A stretch of DNA of 64,000 nucleotides from assembly GCA_036785375.1 (NCBI GenBank), contig JAWMAR010000531.1:806001-870000 (forward strand). The letters are read 5' to 3'. A program made the translations under genes and the position numbers. The notes below the pieces were generated by a model, which searched no databases, was not told where the DNA came from, and saw only the letters and a list, made by a program, of their open reading frames with translations. Below, piece after piece: positions 37,274 to 50,468 of the stretch; position 1 is the first letter of the stretch; each line of letters starts with the position of its first letter. This DNA is from Leucoraja ocellata. Lineage: Eukaryota.

Positions 37274-40200
37274 TTATTGGTGGCCTTTACCATCGCAATA
37301 AACGACCTGTGAATCTGCAATCTGACGGATTTCCGCGTATGTTGTAGAAGACGTATTCGTATATACACCAGGTCCTGAAATATCCTTTGGGAAACAAGAG
37401 AGTTAACTTCACGAAACTCAATAACTACATAGAAACATAGAACATACTCAACAACGTACCTCGGTGACTGCCAATCACCACCCCCCCTCCCCCCCCCCCC
37501 GCCCACTTATAATCATTTATTCAAATCGTTTGCTATGTCGCTCTTCCAGGGAGATGCTAAATGCAGTTTGTTGTCTCTGTACTGTACACTGACAATGACA
37601 ATTAAAATTGAATCTGAATCTGAATCTGAAACATAGAAAATAGGTGCAGGAGTAGGTCATTCGGCCCTTCGAGCCTGCACCACCATTCAATATGATCATG
37701 GCTGATCATCCAACTCAGTATCCTGTACCTGCCTTCTCTCCATATCCCCTGATCCCGTTAGCCACAAGGGCCACATCTAACTCCCTCTTAAATACAGGCA
37801 ATGAACTACCTTCTGTGGCACAGAATTCCAGAGATTCACCACTCTCTGTGTGAAAAATGTTTTTCTCATCTCGGTCCTAAAAGATTTCCCCCTTATCCTC
37901 AAACCGTGACCCCTTGTTCTGGAGGACCAAGATAAATGTTGAATCAAGATAAATTGTCCACAATCTATGAGAGAAAAGTTACAACGTACCTTCATACTTT
38001 GCTTTGTTTAAATATAAAATCATGTTATCAAATGGAACAATTATTTTCAATCCGCATGTAAATTCTGCCATTTTATCGCTGCTTTCCCCTAAATACCTTA
38101 ATTACCAGAATATCAATTACTCTTTTATCTTTGCACAAACCAAGGTCGAATAGATTCTAACACCTCGTTGGATCCTCAACATTTATTTTTTCCAATGCTA
38201 ATGTCGCTAATATGGCTTGCCCAGTCTAGTTGCTTGTCTGATTTTTCAATGGCCTTTTCTCTAATCAGATATGATCGCTGACCATGGAACTTCGCAAGGC
38301 GCAGCGATAAGCAGTGGATGCTTTGAATTTGACTTGAACATGACACTACTTTGAATCAAAGTGTCATGTTCCTAAAAATTATGGAGAACAACTAAAACAG
38401 TGGGGGAAAAAACAACGATTAAACACCTTTTGGAAAGTACATGTCATTTGTTTGCACTAATAACATATGGTGCGTAAAGGGACGTAAATTGTGCAGTTAC
38501 ACTACCTCCAGTACTGTTCCAGGGGTCGAATCACTGTGCACCATTAACCGTTTTTCTATAATTACAAAATAACCAAGCATTATTTCAAGTGACATGTTAT
38601 CATTGTGTCAAGGCTGTAAATATAATCACAAGGAACTACAGGTGCTGTTTTACACAAACTGCTGGACTAATTCAGTGGGACAAGCAGCATCTCTGGAGAA
38701 CACTATGAACATAGAATTATCCAAGGTAATAACCCATTCAAGATTTAAGAGAGTTTATTGTCATGTGTCCCAGATAGGACAATGAAATTCTTGCTTTGCT
38801 TCAGCACAACAGAATATAGAAGGCGTGAATACAGAACAGATCAGTGTGTCCATATACCATTGTATAAATATATACATACATGAATAAATAAAACAGCTAA
38901 ACTGCAAATAAACAGATAATGGGATATTAATGTTCAGAGTTTTGTTTGAGTTGAGTTCAATAGCCTGATAGCTGTGGGTAGGAGCTGTTTCTGAATCTGG
39001 ACGTTGCAGTCTTCAGACTCCAGTACCTTCTACCCGATGGTAGCGAGGAGATGAGTGTGTGGCCAGGATGACGTGGGTCCTTGATGATGCTGCCAGCCTT
39101 TTTGCGGCAGCGACTGCGATAGATCCCCTCGATGGTAGGGAGGTCAGAGCTGCCTCCTCCCTTCTCTTCCCACACCTCTACTGTACCCCACCTGGTCCCA
39201 CATCTATTTTTCTCCTCCCCTCCCCCTCGTTGTACATTATTTCCTCTGTCTTTACAATTCGCAACTCTTCAATCTGTTCTACTCACACTTTCTATTCTAA
39301 TCCCCCGGCATTTGTTCCTACCAAGTATCAAGCCGTGCCTCCACTGATTACCTGCAATGCTTTGTCCCGTCTCCCCTCTCTTCCCTGCTTCCCCTCTCCT
39401 ACAGTCAGTCTGAAGAAGGGCCCCAACCCAAAACGTCACCTATCCATGTTCTTCAGAGATGCTGCTTTGATCCACTGAGTTACTCCATCACGTTGTGTCC
39501 TTTTAGCACAAACATCTGATTATTTTATATAGATTGCAAATATTGCAGAGGAGGGGACGACTTGATTATTGGAGTGAAGACACTAAGTCCTGCGATATGA
39601 ATACATAAAGGAATGATTATAACAGTTTGTTTTACCATATAACCATATAACCATATAACAATTACAGCACGGAAAGTCCGTGCCGAACAACATTTTCCCC
39701 TTAGTCCCACCTGCCTGCACTCATACCATAACCCTCCATTCCTTCTCATCCATATGGCCTATCCAATTTATTTTTAAATGATACCAATGAACCTGCCTCC
39801 ACCACTTCCACTGGAAGTTCATTCCACACCGCTATCCATTCTCTGAGTAAAGAAGTTCTCCCTCATATTACCCCTAAACTTCTGTCCCTTAATTCTGAAG
39901 TCATGTCCTCTTGTTTGAATCTTCCCTATTCTCAAAGGGAAAAGCTTGTCCACATCAACTCTGTCTATCCCTCTCATCATTTTAAAGACCTCTATCAAGT
40001 CCCCCCTTAACCTTCTGCGCCCCAGAGAATAAAGGATTTATAAAACAAAAGGTTTTAGGATTAGTAAAATGTGGAACTGAGAGTAAACTGAGATTTTCTG
40101 AGAACTTATTTTTGTTTTTGCTACTTTGAAATCTTTGCAACAGGAATGCCCCTGTCCCACTTAGAAAACCTGAACGGAAACCTCTGGAGATTTTGCGCCC

Positions 40201-43082
40201 CACCCAAGGTTTCCGTGCGGTTCCCGGAGGTTTTTGCCAGTCTCCCTATTTGCTTCCACTACCTGCAACCTCCGGCAACCACCTGCAACCTCCGGCAACC
40301 ATCTGCAACCTCCAGTGTCCAGAGGTTTTCGTTCAGGTTTCCTAAGTGGAACAGGGGCATGATACACACTTTCACGCATTTTAGTTGCCATATTTGAGCA
40401 CATTGTTGTATACATACGATGGGCCAAATTGGGTACTCATTGCTGTACACTTCTATGATTCATTTCCCTGTTTGAAATTGATGGCCAACACTGTCAATTT
40501 TACCTTAATAATTTGTTGATGAATATTATATATTCAGAGTATATTCGTTATTTACAGCGGAAAATTGACGTAAGCCTCTTAAGTTCGCGGTGAAAGCTTA
40601 ATACTCACGTTTTACCTTCCAACAGCTTACCGCTATGAAAATAATGACAAATATCAGGCAAATCAGCCGATAAAGCCACGAATGTAGTTCTTTCCAGTAA
40701 ACGGGAAGTTCTTTCCGGTAAACTTTGAAAGAAGTGTACAAATATTAGGGTTAATATTTATAGGAAACTATAATTGGCACGTTTTACTGAAAAGTAAAGG
40801 AGTAATATGTATCATTGTGCGCTCCCGGAGAGTTGACCCACTACACCTGCATCGTTTTGAGATACTTTACAATATTATATATGTAATCAAACTTAAAATG
40901 CCGAGGTTTAGTATTTTCTCGTTATATTCGGCCGTTTCGCTTCTCGGCGGAAGTGCTTTCCATTTAAATTCCACAAGTTGATATATTTTTTAAAGACAGC
41001 GGAAAGATGAGTTTCTTGATGTAGAAAATTGATCAACTGATATCGCAAAACACGTTTGGCCGTCAGTGTTTAAAACTGGGAGTTCCCGCCGATGTAACAT
41101 TGGCTGCCGAAGTCTCGGAGTCTTCACGTGGAACTAGAAGTTGACAATATTTTACAATGCACCAGTTATGGAATTCAGGTAAATTGTGAATCAAAACGTG
41201 TAGAATTTAGCCAAAGTTGCTTCCTGACCTGCTGAGCATTTCCAACATATTTCAGATTTTCTGCATCTGCAATATTTTGTACAAAATTATCATAGGGCAA
41301 GATCACCCGATTTGTGTAATTACTAATGCCCCTGTCCCACCTAGGAAACCTGAACGGAACGGTTCCCGGAGGTTTTTGTCAGTCTCCCTACCTGCTTCCA
41401 CTACCTGCAACCTCCGGCAACCACCTGCAACCTCCGGGAACCGCACGGAAACCTTGCGTGGGGCACAAAGTCTCCAGAGGTTTCCGTTCAGGATTCCTAA
41501 GTGGGACAGGGGCATAACGTTTGCGGTTGCATTACTTTCCTTGAATAAACTGTGCAGTGACTTTTTTGAAAATCAAAAATTCAACTGCAACAAACCGAGT
41601 AAAATCAAATGGTTCAACTATACCGTGTTTTATTTTTTATATAGAGATTTGAAGATTCTCATTCTCGATAACAGATGATCTCGGGTCGGGAACCATGTCA
41701 ATCCAAGTTACAGATATATAGATGTGGTCTGATCTGCAATCACCAACATCGTTAACTTTATTTAAAACAGGACAATACAGGACCTGAACAGCCCCCTCGG
41801 CCTATATCCTATGTGCCGAACATGACACCGACCCTTATTTGCTTGCACACAATCCATATCCCTCCTTTCCATGCTTATCCATGTGCCTTTCCGCACAATT
41901 TCCGTCGTTCCAGGCACTCCCCGCCCTCTGTAAATTTTTTTTTACCGCTCACAACTTTAAACTTTCCCCTCTCAAAGCACAAACAGAGCAGCTTTAATAC
42001 TTCTGAATTCTCACACTGATCAACAACATGATGCCAAACTCTAATTCAATATAACTGGCATAGAGACGTTGCTCACCCGTTTGTATATCTACCGATCAGG
42101 TAACAATATTTAGGTTACAAAATGATGCGTTTAACTATACTCGGGTGTACAATTACACAAATGCCAACTATCAAATGAAGTCGACGTGAAGCAGAATATT
42201 TGAGATTATCTACATTGATCTTCTAAACCAGTTGCAAGACGAACATTTCCACATGTTGTTTCCATTTTTTTCTTTCTATCTCCTTCGAAGCCTATATTTC
42301 TTTTTGTGGGGCCATGTATTTTGCAAATGCTGCTTAGTGTTTAATGTTCACCAGTACATTTCACCCTCGAGGAATCCCCGTTTTGTTTTTGGCCCAGGCC
42401 AATCCCACCAACATCTTCCACACTCGGGTACTCACAACGCCCAAGAGAGTTAATTTCACGAAATTCAGTAACTAGGTAATTAGGGAGCAACAATCCCGCT
42501 GGCACTCAACCCCCCCCCCCCCCCCCCCCCCCCCAACTAAATCGCGAGCCGCTGCTGTTGCCAGTGCATCCCTGTCCAGGTTGTTTTGCTAGGATCAGGA
42601 ACTGAAGGCAGCTGTTCAATTGATTTAATTTGAATTTAATTATGAATAATCGCATAATCCTACCTGTTACCATCAATAGGCTTCCGTTGCCGTTGAAGCC
42701 CCGAGTGGAGGGCGGATTCAAAATCATCAATTCACAGTAATATGTGCCGCTGTCTTCTTGCTGAAGATTATTTATCGATAATTGGCTTCTGTATAAATGT
42801 TGGTCCCTAGTAATTTCTAGCCCGAAGGAACGGCGTACTTTGGATTTGTTCATGTAAATTACGTAGGTCTCATTAGTTGCATTGCTTGATTCACGAAACC
42901 AATTGATTACCAAGTCGTGGATTTTATCAATTGAAACGACACAGTTCAGCTTCGCTGTTCCTCCTTCAGACACTGTGAGTTTACTCGGAGTCTGGTAAAA
43001 CAGCATTCCGTCAGTAACAATCAGTGACCCAGGCAGTGCAGAAAGTCCAGATATCAACATATATAAATGTAACGAACTTCAT
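37274..43082 (-). CDS. Receptor copy B: Arg-containing TM and truncated tail (putative activating paralog, or pseudogene)
   Basis: Exons 43082(or 43060)-42664, 40722-40609, 38555-38506, 37384-37261 and 36471-36361. TM is SWLYRLICLIFVIIFIAVSC; an 8-nt deletion gives ...VVYCDGKGHQ* (TAA 37276-37274). One extra G in the leader puts the homologous ATG (43082) out of frame; ATG 43060 is in frame. Confidence 0.6.
37443..37628 (+). mobile_element. Short Rex1-like 3' end insertion, copy B-specific
   Basis: Matches the 3' end of the element at 54495-54678; (gaatct)n tail; aaacatagaa on both sides. Confidence 0.8.
39635..40040 (-). mobile_element. CR1 3' fragment, copy B-specific
   Basis: (ccatataa)n tail; same family as 11681-12416; absent at ~14612 in copy A. 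Confidence 0.85.
40609..40722 (-). CDS. Receptor B exon: stalk + transmembrane with Arg
   Basis: VYRKELPVYWKELHSWLYRLICLIFVIIFIAVSCWKVK; CGG codon at 40669-40667; in-frame 3-nt deletion relative to copy A; splice sites intact. Confidence 0.8.
42664..43082 (-). CDS. Receptor B exon: leader + V-set Ig domain
   Basis: ORF 42506..43060: ...LFYQTP...LNC...WFR...DSGTYYCELMILNPPSTRGFNGNGSLLMVT; same donor as copy A. Confidence 0.8.
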
Positions 43083-44274
43083 GTTTACGAGACGCTACTG
43101 CGGGCAGACAGGTTTGCATTAGCGATGGTTTGCTAGAACTAACAGAGTTTGAAGACTGGAGTCTGAAGAAGGGTTTCGGCCCGAAACGTTTCCTATTTCC
43201 TTCGCTCCATAGTTGCTGCTACACCCGCTGAGTTTCTCCAGCATTTTTGTGTACCTACCATAGTATTTTGCAGACACAAGGAACTGAAGATGCTAGTTTA
43301 CAAAAAAAACGTCACAGAGTGTTGGAGTAACTCAGTGGGTCAGACAACATCTCTGGAGGACAAGAGTTTGAAGCGACCGGTTACTGTTCCCCTTTCACAG
43401 TTCGGCCGGATGTGGGGTGTGCAGAACTCGACGCTCTGCAGAGCCATGCCGCTGTGGGTTCTGAAAATAGCTGTCGCCCCAATAGAAGCAGAAACGCAGA
43501 ACCAAGTGTTATCGGAACGCCCTCGCCTCTGCGCCGAAAACCAACACCTTAACTCGAGCATTGCTGCGCTTGGCATTCAAGGTGTGATTTTGTTCAAACC
43601 AGCCTACGCTGAAAATAAGAGGATACAATCTAATAAGTTAAATGTGTAAAATGAATTCAGCGAAACAAAGGCTACCAGTGATCAGCGAACAAATCTTAAT
43701 TTGATCAAATCCAATTCAGTCGTAGAGTCGGAGGAAACTGCACATGCGGGGTTTAAACAGAAGATAGACAGAAACTGCTGGAGTAACTCAGCGGGGCAGA
43801 GATGCTGCCTGTCCCACTGAGTTACTCCAGCATTTTGTGTCTCTCTGAAGTAGTGTCCTTCTGATCCCGGTGTTCCAGGAAGAAACAGTCCCTGCATCTG
43901 GAGGTATGCGTTTTCATTTCACACGTCTGTACGTCTTGCCTGATGAGAGAGACGGGAAGAGGGGTTGTCCGGGGTGAGACTGGTCTTTGGGGTTGGTTGG
44001 GGACATGCCGAACCTCCTAAAGCCTTCTAAGGAAGTTGAAGCGCTGGCGTGCTTTCGTGGCCATAGCTGCGATGTGACTGGCCCGGCACACATTGCTGGT
44101 GATATTTATTCATATGAACTTGAAACTTGGAACCATCTCTACTTCGGCGCTGTCAATGTATACTGGTGTGTGTGTGTGTGCGTGTGATCTCCTTCCTGTA
44201 TTCCGTCTGGTATATTTGATATCCGGTCCACAAATGCCTCCGCAATTGTAAATTGAGATGGATTGGTGTTTGGC

Positions 44275-44912
44275 NNNNNNNNNNNNNNNNNNNNNNNNNN
44301 NNNNNNNNNNNNNNNNNNNNNNNNNNNNNNNNNNNNNNNNNNNNNNNNNNNNNNNNNNNNNNNNNNNNNNNNNNNNNNNNNNNNNNNNNNNNNNNNNNNN
44401 NNNNNNNNNNNNNNNNNNNNNNNNNNNNNNNNNNNNNNNNNNNNNNNNNNNNNNNNNNNNNNNNNNNNNNNNNNNNNNNNNNNNNNNNNNNNNNNNNNNN
44501 NNNNNNNNNNNNNNNNNNNNNNNNNNNNNNNNNNNNNNNNNNNNNNNNNNNNNNNNNNNNNNNNNNNNNNNNNNNNNNNNNNNNNNNNNNNNNNNNNNNN
44601 NNNNNNNNNNNNNNNNNNNNNNNNNNNNNNNNNNNNNNNNNNNNNNNNNNNTATAGTGTAGTGCAGTGTAGTGCAGTGCAGTGTAGTGCAGTGTAGTGTA
44701 GTGTAGTGTAGTGTAGTATAGTGTAGTGCAGTGTAGTGCNNNNNNNNNNNNNNNNNNNNNNNNNNNNNNNNNNNNNNNNNNNNNNNNNNNNNNNNNNNNN
44801 NNNNNNNNNNNNNNNNNNNNNNNNNNNNNNNNNNNNNNNNNNNNNNNNNNNNNNNNNNNNNNNNNNNNNNNNNNNNNNNNNNNNNNNNNNNNNNNNNNNN
44901 NNNNNNNNNNNN
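44275..44912. other. Two assembly gaps (44275-44651, 44740-44912) inside an expanded pentamer microsatellite
   Basis: N runs adjoining gtgta/gtgca repeats. Confidence 0.98.
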
Positions 44913-47529
44913 GCAGTGTAGTGCAGTGCAGTGTAGTGTAGTGCAGTGTAGTATAGTGTAGTGCAGTGCAGTGTAGTGTAGTGTAGCGGCGGGGGGGGGG
45001 GGGGGGGGGGGGCTGAGAACTCATCCTTATGGGGCATCAGTGTTGAGGATTATGGTAGTGGATGATTGGTCACCTATCCTCACAGATTGTGGTCTGCTGG
45101 TCAGGAAGACTAAGACCCGTTTGAAGTGGGGAGTGCTGATTCCGTTCCATTAGTTTGGAGATGAGCTTGCTTCGGCTAATGGTATTGAAAGTAGGGCTCT
45201 AGTATATGATGTAGGTGCTCGTCTCACCCAGATGTTCTAAGGACAAATGTAGGGCCAGAGAGATGGCATCAGCAGTGGACCTGTTGTGGAATTAGACGAA
45301 CTGCTGTAGATCAAGGCTGCTTGGTAGGCTTAATCTGGCTGCTCTAAAAGCAATTCGTAATGGTGGATGTCAAGACATGTGGACGGTAGTCATTAAGGCA
45401 TGAGGTTTCGATTTTCTTTCGCATCGAGGTGATAGTGGTCTTCCTGATGCATGTCGGTACCTCAGAATTAATTCCCGGTCTACATCTAGACCAGTCCTAT
45501 TTACTATAAATAGGTATGTTACAAAACCTACCTGAATCGTGGCTGAGCATCTGCCCTACCCCGTGTCCGCGATTTTGGCGCTGTTTAGAGGGGGCGGGTT
45601 TAAAACGCGATTTTTACTAGGCTGTTCCAATCGAAAATGTTCAGCCTAGTAATTCATTAACGGAAAATCGCTGAAAGACCCCGTCGCAAAATGTATTATT
45701 AGTTTTTATGGCCTTGTATAATATTTATAGTAGTTTAAAAATCACTCTCTCACTCCGCAACCTCTCGCAGCCCCAGGGTTTTATAAAGCAAACAATTAAA
45801 GGTATGTACCTTATTTTTACATTAAATGGGGCTTGTATATAACCCTGTATATAAAGTTTTCTATAGCGAGTAGTTCATTTTGGGCTCTTTATATCCCGCA
45901 GTATTTTTCTGGGCATTTGAGGGCACAAATCCAGCGCAATGTGAACGTTCTAAACCAGCGCGTTCACAGGAACCCACTAGAAAGCCGATTTAAATTGACT
46001 TTAATTTACAGCAAATGAACACTAAATTCCTTCCATTTGGCCTATGAATTGATGTCAATGAGATTTAAAAATCATGTTTTATTGTGAATTATTTGTGAAT
46101 ATTATTTGGACACTTGGGCTATTTAAAAATGTTAATCATTTATTAAGAAATGGATAGATGTTTAGAGCTAGTAATTGAAGTTTGAAATTAGCTACAATTG
46201 GGTAACTAACTAATTATATGCTTTAATTTCAGGTCATCCAAGTAAGATTATTTTATATTTGTTTCAGAATGCTTCAATCTATGATAACTGAAAATTTCAT
46301 TCAGTTCTCTTAATTTTTAAGAAGGTTATGGGCTTTTGACTGTCCACGATCACAGCTTTTTTGTTATGTCCATAGAAAATCAATAGGGAACAAGATGCTA
46401 ATTTCCGAGTATGAAAATGGCCATAACTTTTTTATTAATTGAGATATGAAAGTGAATTAGGTGTCAAATTAAACTTATTGTTATGCGTTATCTGATGGGA
46501 TAAATTGCAGACTTGATTTTTTTAATCTCAAAATTTTGTAACATTGCTACTATAAAGAGAAAGATCTATGATGTTTTGAAGATCTACATTGATATCCTAC
46601 ACCCAGTTGCAAGTCGAACATATCCATGCTTTGTCCCCATTTCCCTACCCCCCGCGAGGCTTCCTTTGCGTTTGATGGGCGACGGGTATGTTGGGAATAC
46701 TTGTCAGAGTTTAGTGTTTCATCAACGGGGTATTCCTCAATCTCCATACGAGCTTGGATATTTGGCCAAGCAAGCTCCTGCCATCACATCTCCGCGGCGC
46801 CACGTGGTTTATTTACGTACACACAGAAATGACAAGGGTCATTAATCTTGCTGATAATCCCTCCCCCACAAACCCCTATTCGCCAACGACATCTCTTCCC
46901 AGAAAATTCCAGAGATTTGGGATTTGCCAGGTGAAGACTGACGCCAATAATAAAAATAGTTAAGTCCAGGGATGCTTTTAGGTCAAGAATTTGAGTCCTT
47001 CTGCACATTCCAGCTGATATATTCTTTGTGTCTGATCAGTTATTTATTATAATTTTTCCTCCTATTGAGGTAGGCAGTCTGATGAAATGAGTAATGGGGA
47101 TTTCAATGAAATTAGGCGAGAATCGAATTATAGAACTATATATTTTAAAGTTGCTTCAAATTTCACCAGTTGTTATATCCATCATATACTGCATTTACAA
47201 CTCATAAGTCTGTGTAACAACCTGGGAGCTCTCGTGCAAATTCTCATTTGTTCTGCAATTTGGTTGACATCAGGAAGAAAACCCAGAGGGAAATATCTCT
47301 CATCCCCGGTTAGATGTAATTTCACATAAGAAATGGTAGTACAAGTCTTCCATAATATTATGTAAATAAATGATTGGAAGGATTATGAAATTGCATTTAT
47401 TTGAATGCAGATCATTCATAAATAACAATATAATTGGGAACAATTCCAATGCTTATATGATCACAAGTGGATGGATTGCAGTTCACAACCGCTGGTTCTT
47501 GATTCTGCTACTCTGGGTAAAAGAGTAGG

Positions 47530-50468
47530 TTACTATAACCAAAATTAAATCAGAGAAAGGCGAATTACTAATACTACTTAAAAATATTAATAATAGATTT
47601 GCCCAATTTTACCAAAACTTATATACATCTAAAATTAAAATAGAAGATAGTAAAATAAAAAAAATTCTAGATAACTGTAATCTTCCAATACTGGACCTTT
47701 TGGAACAAGAGGAACTAGGAGCTCAAATTACAATCAAAGAAATAGGTGAAACAATAAAATCGCTGAAAAATGGTAAGACACCGGGACCAGATGGTTTTAA
47801 TAATTAATTTTATAAAACATTTCAGGAGATAACGACCCCTTATTTATTTAATTTATACTCCCATGCTTTTAAAGAAAACAAACTACCTGAAACACTAACA
47901 GAATCAACTATTACGCTTATTCCAAAAAAAGATAAAGATTTAGAAGATCCGGGCTCGTACAGAGCTATATCACTTTTAAATACAGATCAGAAAATTTTAG
48001 CAAAGATTTTAGCAAGAAGATTAAGCAAATATATTAGTAAATTGATAAACCCTGATCAAACGGGGTTTATACCTAAAAGATACTCATTTAATAATCTGAG
48101 ACGCCTGTTTAATATAATGTACTCGCATAAAGTAGAGGAAGACGATATATCAATTATTTCTTTGGATGCAGAGAAAGCATTTGATCAGGTAGAGTGGCAA
48201 TACTTATATAAAGTACTACAAAAATTTAATATGGGAGAGAATTTTATAACATGGGTAAAATTATTATATGATAAACCGATGGCAAGAATTTTAACTAATA
48301 ACATGTTATCTCAAAAATTTCAACTATCAAGGGGTAATAGGCAGGGATGTGCACTATCACCCCTGCTATTTGCCCTTATGATAGAACCCCTGGCTGAAAG
48401 TATAAGAATTCATCCGAATATTCAGGGCTATAATACCAGGGACTCAAAGAATAAAATCTCATTATATGCATACGATATACTTTTATATATTACAAAGTCA
48501 CAAACAAGCATACCAAATTTATTAAACTTAATAGAGGAATTTGGGTCTTTTCTGGATATAGAATAAACTGTAACAAAAGCGAAATCATGACATTAAAACC
48601 TCAAGAACCTATACACTTATTGAAGTTCCCCTTTAAAATCGCAACAGAAAAATTTAAATATTTGGGTATTCAGATTACTAGAAAATATAAAGCATTATTC
48701 AATGCTAATTTCATACCTTTATTAAATAAACTTAATACACGGATTAAATTTTGGAAAACACTTCCCTTATCATTATTAGGTAGAATAAATGCAATAAAAA
48801 TGATCTTCCTACCACAATTACTATACCTATTTCAGTCTATACCGGTATATATACCAAAATATTTAAAAAACAAATTAGACTCTAACATTACAAATTATAT
48901 TTGGGACTATAAATCACATAGAATCACAAAAAAACACTTATGTAAACCAAAAGAGGTCGGGGGACTTTCACTTCCGAGTTTTATGTATTATTACTGGGCA
49001 GTGCATATTAAGAATATGATTTATTGGTTGGATAGTTCTACCCAACAGAGAGAATGGATAAAAATGGAGAAGGAGGATTGCCATCCTTGTAATATAGGAA
49101 CGATCCTCTTTTCCCCCAAAAAACTGAATAACACAATATATAAGAAGAACCCAATTATATATGGTACAATAAGAATTTGGAAACAAATAAAATTATCTTT
49201 AAAATTAAGAAATCTATCACTGTTAATGCCAATAGCAAACAACCCTTTATTTAAACCATCTCTTATTGATAAGACATATAACCAATGGGAAAGTCTCGGA
49301 ATTAGAAGGATCAGGGATATGTACGAAATGGGAAACCTACTATCATTCCAACAACTACAATTAAAATTTAAATTGAAAAACAACTAATATTTTAAATATC
49401 TTCAGATTTGCGACTTTGTGAAAAAATATATACAAGGATATCAAAAAGTAACTCCTGACTTATTGGAAGAAGCAATGAATATTGAAGCTGACTCACAAAA
49501 ATTAATATCCTATTTATATAATAGTATTCTAAATATAGACCTACCATCGACAGAGGTACTTAGAGAAGAGTGGGAAAGGGAATTAATGATAAAAATTACG
49601 AAGGTTAAATGGGAAAAATACCAGATATATATTCACAAATGTTCAATTAATGTAAGACATAATCTAATTCAATTTAAAATTGTACATAGATTATATTATT
49701 CAAAAACAAGATTGAACAAATTTTATCCAAATATATCCGCCACTTGTGATAAATGTCTAGCCCAAAAGGCAACTATAACACACGCCTTAGTTTCCTGCAT
49801 AAAACTTTATAGATTTTGGAATGATATTTTTGAAATACTTACAAAATTATTCAAGACAAGAATGGAACCTAATACTGAAATGATTATATTTGGTGTAATG
49901 GAAGATGGGAATAAATTGAACACATCTCAAAATCTATTCCTTAACTATGGTTTAATAATAGCAAAAAAATTAATACTTAAATTTTGGAAGGGTACATCAA
50001 TACCAACGCTTAAAATGTGGATTGCAAGTATGTTGGACACCGCTCATCTTGAGGAAATGCGATTCCTCCTAATGGACAAATCAGACCAATTCATAACGAG
50101 TTGGTCTCCATTCGTCGTTTTTTTGGAATCATATGGTGCAACACAATTGTAAAAAATAACTGTTTCAGGACTGGACGAGGGTTGGTCAAGATTATAAATA
50201 ATGATCTCCTTTTCTTTTTTATTTTATTTTCTTTTCACTATTTTCTCTCTCAACTTTCTTCATTTACTCGTTCTCTTTCTTCACACACTATATATTTCAC
50301 ACCTTTCTATCCTTTACTATCTAACTTCTTTTTCTTATTCTCATCTTTTTTCAATGTAACAAAAAAAAAAAGAAGTTGTACATAAAATGTATTATGAAAA
50401 TATATATTAGGCACTTTGGTGCCATATGACTGTACTTACTTCTAATAAAATAAAATATAAAAAAAAAG
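47530..50468 (+). mobile_element. L1/Tx1-like LINE (copy B of the same insertion)
   Basis: Near-identical to 21400-24335 with different frameshifts. Confidence 0.92.

Noticed and set aside
44110-45037. Long ORFs of ~300 aa
   Set aside because: Artefacts of N gaps and the pentamer microsatellite
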